Origin: Camelus ferus
Taxonomy: Eukaryota
Direction: 5' to 3'
DNA length: 64,000 nt
NCBI RefSeq assembly: GCF_009834535.1
Contig: NC_045696.1
Span: 1-64,000, forward strand
Positions within the stretch are counted from its first letter, which is position 1, and each line of letters begins with the position of its first letter. The translations under genes and the position numbers were made by a program. Positions 1-12,000 of this stretch are shown here, piece after piece. The notes beneath the pieces are model-generated. The model did no database searches, was not told the origin of the DNA, and worked only from the letters and a program-made list of their open reading frames with translations.

Positions 1-3000
1 TCCAACACAATCTTTACTGCAGTAACTAAAACAAAAAAGATGCACTGCACAGCAACTCTTCCTTTAGAGACACAGTGTCAGCAATGTTTCTAGCTTCATG
101 GGAAAATGCCTAAATTCAACTGAAGCAGAGATGAAGTGAGATATCTCACTTTGAGTATGTGAGAAAGCCAAACACAACTCGTAGATATGCTTGCTTCCCA
201 ACAACAAAAAAACTTTATCATGACAGTGCAGGTCAGGGATATTTTCCATATTCACTGTATTCCTAACATGTGTAAAGTGTCAAGGTTTGGGTTGATGTGA
301 GCAGAATTACAACACCCATTCAAATAATCTTTTTGCCCCTTCATTTGAATGCTTCAAATTAGCAGTGTCAAGTGAGAGTCTGTTGCTGATCCAAGGAGGA
401 GAGGGTGCCCATGTTGTTCAGAACAGGAACATAGAATAATTTTAGATAACATGGAAATAATTGCTCACAAAGTGTCCACAATTTTGCTGAACATTTTCCC
501 GTTGATTCACAGGATACAATGAATACTAAGATTTGGAAAAATAAGCTGGGTAGGAAGAGATCTTCTCCCACTTCTGCTACCATTGTTGTCATGCTCTCCA
601 GGAACTTTTTCAAACTGGGTTCAATTTGAAATCTCAAATTCAGGTTGAGAGAAACAGTTTCAGAACTGAGACATAGGATACTTTCCAATTCACAGTAACC
701 CATTTTTCCCAGAAAGGCACAAGACTGAATTCACACATGCCCATTTCATTTCATAGATCGAACATGCTGGAAGTTCCCGTGCATGGAGCAAAATATCATA
801 GACACAATCCTACAAATGGTTTTCCGCATTCACTCTCTCTTTCATAGAGTTAGTTCCACATAAGCGAAAAACTGTGATTCCATTTGAAATAGGAGCCAAG
901 TCCTTGTGCAACACTGTCACTAGCCGTTTCCCGACAGCCAAACTTTCCTTACTTGCAAACCAATCGTCAATGTGAATTTCCTTCAAACATGTCTTATCCA
1001 AAATTGAGAATTGTTAAAGCATACATTGAAGAAAATCACTCACTTAGGAGAGCTTAACCTACAAGCTATCTTATTCCTTAGTATACTTCCTACAGAAATC
1101 TTCATAACGGGTGAAGTAAAATATCTACATTGGATGATGAATGTATGCTTCTGAATGTGCAAATGTGCTCGCTTCCATCCTTGAAAACCAATGTGTCCCC
1201 AAAAAAGAAGCTCAATGAAAACTGGCCCATGTCGTGTTCCTCCAAATAGCGAAGTTACAGAAGATGAATTTCACATGAACTAATGCTGAAAAATGTTTAT
1301 CTGCACAAAACACTCAGCATTAATGTTAGATTTTGAATGATTTGCTGTTGACTCGGGTTGGATGGGGTATCTTAATGTCACTTTGCCAGATGTACCTTCA
1401 AAATATGGAGGGACAGCTCAGGCTAAACATGAAAATCCCAGATTTTGCCATCAATTCCCAAGAAGACAGTATCTCTCAGCTCTTCTGTTCCCAAAATGAA
1501 ACACAAGGCAACCATTTGTAACAAATGGACAAAAATTGCAAGGGGAATCTATCCTGTTCTTGGCTTCTTACCTTGGATGCCTTCTGTAGACATTGCAAGA
1601 TCCAGAGAAGCTGGGGTACTGAGGCCAAACTAGTGAAATGGCCATTCCAATTAAACATGGGAAGTAATTTAGTGTGCTGTGCTCTACCAAAATCTTGGAT
1701 CAGGTCAGCTCACACAACCACAGATTGATCCCAGGAATGAAAGGTTCATAAACGTGAGGAACACTGGGCGACTTACCTAGGAGATAGTCTCACAAGAATC
1801 TTTGTCTCACCATAACTTCATGATAGCTAAAATGCTTTTCAAGATGACTGAAGATGAGGAAGAATGGCACGATGCAGTGAAATCTTATGGAACATGAAGA
1901 CAGGCTCGTATGACAAAGATGAATGCCTCACATTTTAAAATTGCCAGAAGACTGAAAAATTCCTCATTTTCATAGTTCCAAGATGGGAACAGATTCCAAG
2001 ATGGTGAAGTTAACTCAATATGCTTCATACTGTCCACGTAGTCCTTCCAGCATGTTAAATTATCCTAGATCGAAATATTCAGTTGGGGGAACTTGGAGAA
2101 ATCACAGTGAGTTTAATTGCATGGCCTCACTCACAAGCTAGATATAGGCTGGGTCCTCAATTGCACCACTTACATAATCCCAACAAGGCAGAAGGAGGTT
2201 TTTCACAATATATGTTTTGTCTAGTGACAAAAACCTAAAAGCTGCATTTCACAGCCCCTCATTTTTCAAGAGATATTGTGTCAACAAATTTTCCAAATTG
2301 CAGGTGGCATTCCTAATGGCACAAAACTCTTGTATGAATGGAATGGACTCAATGTGAGTGTGTGAGAAAGCCTATCAGAACTTGGATTGTGGATGGCTTC
2401 CCCAACACCAAAATTCTCTTATTCTTACAATGCAGAAAGAGAAGATTTTTTCACATTCATTGTACTCCCAAGATGCATCACCTATGAACGTTAGGGTTGA
2501 TCTTATGGAAATTAGAAATCCCTTTCAAACAATCCTCTTTCCACCTTGCTTAGAATGGTTTGTAAAAGCTGGGTCTGCTGATGGGCTGTTAGTGTGACTA
2601 TGATGAGTTTTGCCAAGGACCTTCAGGACAGGAACACAGTCTACTTACAGAAACGGAGGAAACCAATGGCTCCCTTAACCTTCGATGTTATTTCACATTT
2701 TCCATTCCATTCCTACAATGGAATGATTGTCTAAGATTCGGCACCAAGAAGCTGCATAGGGAGAGATCATCTCACAAGTATATCACTTCACTTGGCATGC
2801 TGATCGGGAACATTTTTAATCTGGGTTCAATTTGGTATCTTGAGACAAATTTGAGAGAAATTATTTCAGAACATGTATATAGGTCTCTTTCCAAATCAAG
2901 GAAACCATTTTCTCCCCATGATGACACAAGTCAAAAATTATCCTTACACGTTTTATTCCCTTAAGGAACATGTTGCAAGACTCTTTGCATGTAGACCAGG

Positions 3001-6000
3001 GTCACAAAACACATTCCTGAAAATGGCTTGCCACAGTGTATCTCAATTTTGTTTTAGACAGTTCAACATTTGAGAAAACTGTGATTCCTAATGCATTAGG
3101 GGACAAGGTTTTGTGGAACACTGAAATAGATGCATTTTTCAAATGCATAAATACTCTGTCTTGCTAGGAAGTGATGGAGTGAATTTTTTTCAAACATGAG
3201 TTCTTGGAAATTGAGGATCGTTACAGGATATATTGAACCGTAGTACAAAATTTCCAGGAGAGAGTACCCTCAAAGCTGTCTTCTTTTGTGCTACTTTTCC
3301 TACAGAAATTTCATGAAAGCTGAAGTAAATTATCTGAGTTCAAAGAAGAATTGAGGCCTATGAGAATGTGCAGATTAGCTACTTCCATCCTTGTAATCAG
3401 TGTGTCCTGAAAATGCAGTGCAGTGAAAACTGGCCAAGTCATATTCCTCCCAAATAGGGACATTTTCTGAAGGAGAATTTTGCCTAAGGATCTGCTGAAC
3501 AGAGTTTATTGCACCAATAAAACAGCATTCCTAATAGCTTTCCTATGAGTTCCTTTTGGGTGAACTTAAATGCACTACTTAATGTCACCTTCCCAGATGG
3601 ACCTTCATAACATACAGGGAACCTCATGCCAAACATGGAAACCCCGGTTATTATCATCAATTCCCTGTTAGGGATTTTCCCAAGTCCCTTCTATTCTCCT
3701 AAAGAACCAATTAAGAAATATTTGTGTGCAGAGGATATGGATAAAGATGACTTTCTAAAGAGCATCTTTTGAATATTTCCTTAGATTCAGCCTGTGGAAT
3801 GTGAAGATCAAGGAGAAGCTGATGTAGTAAAGATGAACTTCAACAGAAACCTCTCAGATTTTTGATGGACAGTCTTCTCCTTTCAACAAAACACTGAACT
3901 TCCAAATTCTGGGAAAAATTCAACATAAACTCTCCTCAATTTAATCCCAGATTTGCAAGATTTTAAAATCTGTGGGGCATACAGACTCCTATCTACAAGT
4001 TGTTTTCACATGAATCTTGATCTCACCATCAACTGACAGTAACTGGAATGCATCAAAAAATGCTGAAGTTGAGGAAGGAAAGGCAGGTTGCATTGAATTC
4101 TTAAGAACAAGGTGATAGGAGCATGTGCCAAATGGAGGAAGCCACATATTCGAAAAGTGGACAAGACTGAAAATTTCCTCAATTGTTTGAACTGAGGTGA
4201 GAAAGAAGGGCTTTGAGATATGAACTACTTTGGAATTAGTGGCAAAAGAAAGACTGGGTGCATCTAACATGAAGTGCTTTACCTATCCACATAGTCCTTA
4301 CAGCAAGTGGACTTTTGCTCTATCGAAACGTTCTGTGAGGTGAACATTGAGATTACGCTGGGGGTTTCAATGCACGGTCTCTATCTCAATTAAGACATAG
4401 GAAATTTTCTCAATGCTCAAAATTGGTGATTCAAGTAAGGCAGAAGGAGTTTTCCAAACCAATCTTTCCTGCAGTGACTAAAACCAAACAAGATGCATTT
4501 CACAGCACCTCTTCCTTTAGAGACACTCTGTCCACAATGCTTCCAACTTCGTGGGAAATTGCCTAAATTCAGATGAAGCAGAGATGAAGTGAGCTATCTC
4601 GATGTGAGTGTGTGAGAAAACCGATCACTACTCGTAGATATGCTTGCTTTCCAAAACAAAAAACTCCTTTATTCATGACAGCACAGGTGAGGTATATTTT
4701 CCACACTCCTTATGTTCCCAATATGTGTAAAGTTTCAAGGTTTAGGTTGATGTGAGTGGAATTACAACACCCATTCAAATAATCTTCTTTGCTCCTTCAT
4801 TTGAATGCTTCAAGTAAGCAGTGTCAAATGAGGGGCTATGGCTGATCCAAAGAGGAGCTAGTGCCCAGGTCATTCAGTGCAGGAACATAGAATAATTTCA
4901 AATATCGTGGAAATCATTGCTCATGAATTGTCCCACGAATTTGCTGAAAGTTTTCCCATTGATTCCCAGGATACAATGAATTTTACGATTTGGAACAATA
5001 AGCTGGGTAGGAAGAGGTCTTCTCCCACTTCTTCTACCATTGTTGTCATGCTCCCCAGGAATGGTTTCAAAGTGGGTTCAATTTGACATCTCAAGTTCAG
5101 GTTGAGAGAAACAGTTTCAGAACCTAGACATAGGCTTCTTTCCCATTCACAGTAACCCATTTTTCCCAGAATGGCACAAGACTGAAATCACGCATGCCCA
5201 TTTCATTTCATAGAGTGAACATGCTGGAAGGTCCCGTGCATAAAGCTAAATGTCATAGAGACAATCCTAAAAATGGCCTTCTGCATTCACTCTATCTTTC
5301 ATAGAGTTAGTTACACATAAGTGAAAAACTGTGATTCCATTTGGAATAGGAGCCAAGAACTTGTGAACTCTCACACACAGCCATTTCCCAACTGCCAAAG
5401 TTTCCTTACTTGCAAACCAATCATTGGTGTGAATTTCCTTCAAACATACCTTATCCAAAATTGAGAAATGTTAAAGCATACATTGAAGAAAAGCACACAT
5501 TTAGGAGAGATTACCCTCCAAGCTGTCTTCTTCCTTAGTATTATTCCTACAGAAATCTTCATAATGTGTGAAGTAAAATATCTACGTAGGATGATGAACG
5601 TATACTTGTGAATGCACAAATGGGCTCACTTCCATCCTTGGAAACCAATGTGTCCCCAACAATGAAGCACAAAGAAAACTGGCCCATGTTTCATTTCTAG
5701 AAATAGGGAAATTACAGAAGATGAATTTCATGTGAACTAATGCTGAAGAATGTTTCTCTGCATAAAACATTCAAAATTCCTGATAGGTTTCAACTGAGGT
5801 ATTGTTGACTCAGCTGGGATGAGGCATCTTAATGTCACTTTGCCAGATGTACCTTCAAAATATGGAGGGACAGCTCAGGCCACTCATGAAAATCCCAGAT
5901 TTTGACATCAGTTCCCAAGAAGGGAGTATCCCTCAGCTGTTCTGTTCCCAAAATGAAACACAGGGCAAACATTTGTATCAAGCGGACAATAAATGAATGA

Positions 6001-9000
6001 GGATTGCTAGCTGTATTCTTTGCTTCTTCCCTTGGATGCCTTCTGTGGACATTGCAAGATCTGGGGAACCTGGGGTACTGAGGCTGAACTACTGAAATGG
6101 CCTTTCCAACTACTCATGGGCAGTAATAGACAGCATGCTATGATCTACCAAAATCTTGGACCAGGTCAGCTCACACAACCACAGATTGATCCCAAGAATG
6201 AAAGGTTCAAAAACTTGAGGAACCCAGGACAACCTATCTAGGAGATAGTCTCAAAAGAATCTTTGTCTCACCATAACTTCATGACAGCTAGAGGCCTTTT
6301 CAGGATGGCTGAATTTGAGGAAGAAAGGCAGGATGCAGTGAAACCTTATGGAACATGAAGAAAGGCTTGTACACCAAAGGTGAATCCTCACATTATAAAA
6401 GGGCCAGAAGACCGAAAACTTCCTCATTTTCTTAGTTCCAAGATGGGAACAGGTTTACAAGACTGGGTGAAGCTAACAAAATGTGCTATATACTGTCCAA
6501 GTAGTCCTTCCAGTTTGTGAAAATATGCTCTATCGAGACATTCAGTTGGGGGAACATGGAGAATTCACAGTGGGTTTTAATGCATGGACTCACTCACAAG
6601 CTACATATAGGCTGAGTCCTCATTTGCACCACTTACATGATCCCAACTAAGCAGAAGGAGGTTTTCACAATACATTTTGTGTCTAGTGACAAGTACCTAA
6701 ATGTTGCATTTCACAGCCCCTCATTTTCAAGAGATATTCTGTCAAAAAGTTTTCCTAAATAGCAGGTGACATTCCTAATGGCATAAAAGTCGTGGATGAA
6801 TGGAATGGACTCAATGTGAGTGTGTGAGAAAGCCTAACAGAACTTGGATAGTGGATGGCTTCCCCAACACCAAAATTCTCTTATTTTATAATGCAAAAGA
6901 GAATATTTTTTAACATTCATTGTAATCCCAAGATGCATCACCTATGAACTTTAGGGTTGATCTTATGGAAATTAGAAATCCCATTCAAACAAACCTCTTT
7001 CCACCTTGCTTAGAGTGGTTTGTAAAAGATGGGTCTGCTGAGGGTCTGTTAGTGTGACTATGATGAATTTGGGACAAGGACCTTCAGGACAGGAACAAAG
7101 TCTACTTACAGAAACGGAGGAAACCCATGGCTCCCTTTAACCTTCGATGTTATTTCACCTATTCCATTCCATTCCTACACTGGAAAGTTTGTCTAAGATT
7201 CGGCATAAAAAGCTGCATACGGAGAGATCATCTCCCAATTATATCACGTCATCAGGCATGCTGATCGGGAACATTATCCATTTGGATTCAATTTGATATC
7301 TCAAGTTCAGGTTGAGAGAAAAAGTATCAGAACCGAGATATAGACTTCTTTCCCATTCAATGTAACCCATAATTCCCACAGTGGCACAAGGCTGAAATCA
7401 TCCTTACCATTTTCACTTCATGTTGCATATGTTTAGAAAGGTCAGTGCATGAAGCTAAATGGCGCAGAAAACCTCCTTCAAATGGCTTTCCGCATTCACT
7501 CTGTATTTCATATAGTTAGTTCAACATAAGAGAAAAACTGTAATTCAGTTTCAATTAGGAGATATTGTGGAACAATAACACACAGCCAATTCCTGACTGC
7601 CAAAATTCTGTCTTGCAAACAATCTGACGGTGTTAATTTCTTTCAAAAACCTTATCCAAAATTGAGAACTGTTATTGCATATATTGAATAAAAGCACTCA
7701 TTTAGGGAAGATTACCCTCCAAGCTGTCTTCTTCCTCAGTATAATTGTGACAGAAATCTTCATAACGGCTGAAGTACATTATCTACATTGGATGATGAAC
7801 GTATGCTTCTGAATGTGCAAATGGGCTCACTACCATCCTTGAAAGCCAATGTGTCCTCAAAAGTGAAGAGCAATGAAAACTGGCCCATGTTGTATTCCTC
7901 CAAATAGCGAAGTTACAGAAGATGAATTTCAACTTAACTAATGCTGAAGAATGTTTCTCTGCACAAAACACTCAGCATTCCTGATAGATTTTGAATGAGC
8001 TGCTGTTGACTCAGCTGGGATGAGGTGTATTAATGTCACTTTGCCAGATGTACCTTCAAAACATGGAAGGACAGCTCAGGCCAAACACGAAAATCCCAAA
8101 TTTTGCCATCAACTCTCAAGAAGGGACTATACCTCAGGATGTCTGTTCTCAAAATGAATAAACAGGTCAAGCATTAGTTCCAAGTGGACAAGAGTTGCAA
8201 GACAATTGCTAGCAGTATTCTTTGCTTTTTCCTTTGGATGAATTCTGTGGACATTGCAAGATCTGGAGAAGCTGGGGTACTGAGGCCGAACTTGTGAAAT
8301 GTCCTTCCCAAGTACTCACGGGCAGTAATTGAAAGCATGCTGTGCTCTACAGAAATCTTGGATCATGTCATCTCACCCAACCACAGACTGTTTCTCAAGA
8401 ATATAAGGTTCTAAAACCTGTGGAACACAGCACGACCTATCTAGGATTTAGTCTCACAAGAATCTTTGTCTCACCATAACTTCATGCCAGCTAGAATGCT
8501 TTTCAAGATAGGTGAATTTGAGGAAAGAATTTCAGGTTGCAGTTAAATCTTATGGAACATGAAGACCAGCTCAAAAGACTAAGACAAACACCTCACTTTT
8601 TAAAACTGCCAGAAGACCAAAAGTTTCCCCATGTGCTTAGTTCCAAGATGGGAACAATTTCCAAGACTGGGTGAAGCTAACACAATGTGCTTCAAACTGC
8701 CCAAGTAGTCCTTCCAGCATGAGAAAATATGTTCGATCGAGACATTCAGTGGGGTGATCTAGGAGAATTCACAGTATGTTTTAATGCATTGCCTCATCAC
8801 AAACTAGATATAGGATGGGTACTCAATCGCATCAATTATATGATCACAACAAGGCAAAAGGAGATTTCACACAGAGAGTTTTTGTCTAGAGATAACTGCC
8901 TAGAAGCTGCATTTCACAGCCCCTCATTTTCAAGAGATATTGTGTCAACAAATTTTCCAAATTAGCAGGTGACTTTCCTAATGGCACATAAATAGGGGAT

Positions 9001-12000
9001 GAAGGAAATGGACTCAATGTGAGTATGTGAGAAAGAATACCAGAACTTGGATATTGGATGGCTCCCCCAACACCAAAATTCTCTTATTCCTACAATGCAG
9101 AAGAAGCAAATTTTTTCACATTCTTTGTAGTCCCAAGATATGTCACCTATGAACATTAGGGTTTATCTTATGGAAATTAGAAGATGCGTTCAAACAATCC
9201 TCTTTCCACCATGCTTAGAATGTTTTCTAACAGCTGGGTCTTCTGAGGGGCTATCAGTGTATCTACGATGAGTTTTGGCCAAGGACATTCAGGACAGGAA
9301 CAAAAGCTTCTTAGGGAAACCGTGGAAACTCAGGGCTCCCCTTAAAGTCAGATGATTCTTCATCAATTCCGTTCCATTCCTAGAGTGGAATGATTGTCTA
9401 AGATTTGGCACAGGAAGCTGCATGAAGAGAGATCTTCTCCCAATATTATCACTTCTCCTGGTATGCTGTTCGGGGGCATTTTCAAGCTGAGTTCAATTTG
9501 AAAACTCGATGCAAAGTTGAGAGAAATTATTTCATAAAAAGTTTATAGGTTCCTTTCTAAATCATAGAAAGCCTTTCTTCCCATGGTGGCACCAGGCAGA
9601 AATCATTCTTACCCATTTCATTCCCACAAGGGATCATGTTGGAAGATTCTGTGCATGTAGATCAATATCAAGAACACATTCCTGCAAATGGCTTGCCACA
9701 GTGTTTCTCCTTTTGTAAATACAGTTCAATATTTGAGAAAACCACGATTCCTCGTGCATAATGGGACAATGTTTTGTGGAAAACTGAAGTAGAACCGTTT
9801 CCCAAATGCCTAAATACTCTATGTTGCAAGGAAATGATTGGGCAAATTTTCTACAAATGTGAGATCTCCAAAATTCAGAATCATTACAGGACATATTAAA
9901 GTGAAGCACAAATTATTCAGGAGAGAGTACACACAAAGCTGTCTTCTTTTGTGCTATTCTTCTTACAGAAAAATTCATGACAGCTAAAGTAAATTATCTG
10001 AGTTCAAAAAGAATTGTGGCCTATGAGAATGTGCAGATTGGCTGACTTTCGTCTGTGTAAATCAATGTGTCCTCAAAAATGCAGTGCAGTGAAAACTGGC
10101 CAACATCATATTCCTCCAAATAGGGATGTTTCTGAAGGAGAATGTTGCCTATAGATCCACTAAAAAGGGTTTATTGCACCATTAAATCAGCTTTCCTAAT
10201 AGGACCTTGGGAAGGTCCACCTTCCCAAATGGACCTTCATAACATGCAGGGAACCTAATCCCAAACACGGAAATCCTGGTTTTTATCATCAATTCCCCTT
10301 TAAGGGATTTTCCCAAGGCACTTATATTCCCCTAAATAACCATATGAGAATAATTTCTGTGCAGATGATGTGACTACAGATGACATTTAAATAGCATCCT
10401 TTGCACATACCCTTTGATTCACTCTGTGGGAAGTGAAGAGCAAGGAGAAACAGAAGTAGTAATGATGAACTTGAACAGAATCCTCACAGATAATGGACTT
10501 ACTGTTCTCTACTTTAGGCAAAACTCTGCACTTCCAATTTCTGGGAAAAAGTCAAATTAACATCTCCACAAGTGTATCCCAGATTAGAAGGTTTTAAAAT
10601 CTAAAGGTCACAGAGAATCCTATCTATAATAACTTTTCACACGAATCTTGATCTTGCCATCAACTGACGCTAATGACAATGTTTCAAATGAAGCTGAATT
10701 GGAGGAAGGAAAGGCAGGTTTCAGTGAAATCTTACAGAACATGGTGATAGAATCGTGTGCCAAATGGAGTAGCCACATATAAGAAAATTAGCAGAATGAA
10801 AACTTCCTCAATTGTTTGAATCAAAGGTGGGAAGAGAAGGGCTGTGGGAGATTAACTAATTTGGAATTAGTGGCAAAAGTAACACTGGGTGCATGTAACA
10901 TGAAGTGCTTTCTCCTGCCCACGTAGTCCTTTCAGCAAGCAGACATTTCCTCGATCGACACATTCTGTGAGGTGAAGATTGATATTACCATGGGGGTTTT
11001 AATGCACGACCTAAATCACAAGGAAGACATAGGATTATTTCTCAATGCCTCAAATCTGAACAAGGCAGAAGGAAGTTTCCCACACAATCTTTCTTTTATT
11101 GACTAAAATGAACAAGATGCATTGCACAGACCTCTACCTCTAGAGACACACTTTCAGCAAAGTATCCAAGTATGTGGGAAATTGCCTAAATTCAACCAAA
11201 GCAGAGATGAAGCAAGCTAACTCGCTGTTTGTGTGTGAGAAAGCCTATCACAGCTCATATATATGCTTGCTTCCCAACAACAGAAAAACACCATCATCAT
11301 GACAGCATAGGTGAGAGATATTGTCAGCACTCTTTCTATACCCAATATGTGTAAAGTGTCAAATTTTGGGTTGATGTGACTGAAATTACAAGACCCATTC
11401 TAAAAATCTGCTTTGCAATTTCATGTGGATGTTATCAGTAAGCAGTGTCAAGTGAGGGGCTGTGGCTGATCCAAAGAGGATCTTGTGCCCAGGTCATTCA
11501 GGGCAGGAACATAGAATATTTTCGGATACCATGGAAATCAGTGCTCATGAAGTGTCCCACGAATTGGCTGAACCGTCTCCCATTGATTCCTAGGGTATGA
11601 TGAATATAAAGATTCTGTACAGTAAGCTGGGTAAGAAAGATCTTCTCCCACTTCTGCTATCATTGTTGTCATGCTTTCCAGGAACAGTTTCAATCTGGGT
11701 TCAATTTGACATCTCAAGTTCACGTTGAGAGAAACAGTGTCAGAACCGAGATATAGGCTTCTTTCCCATTCACAGTAACCCATAATTCCCACAGTGGCAC
11801 AAGGCTGAAATCATCCTTACAAGTATCATTTCATGAAGCGAATGTGTAGAAAGGTCCGTGCATGAAGCTAAATGTCTTAGAGACTCTGCTTCAAATGGCT
11901 TTCCACATTCACTCGGTATTTCATAAAGTTAGTTAAACATAAAGGAAAAACTGTGATTCAATTTCAATTAGGAGACTTTGTGGAACAATGACACACAGCC

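Noticed and set aside
1129..1200. Tandem C/D-box snoRNA cluster (TGGATGATGA...CTGA in each A monomer, similar to SNORD113-116 starts)
   Set aside because: CTGA is only ~10 nt after the C box. There is no terminal CTGAGGTCCA or stem 70-95 nt downstream, and the motif is not more conserved than its flanks.
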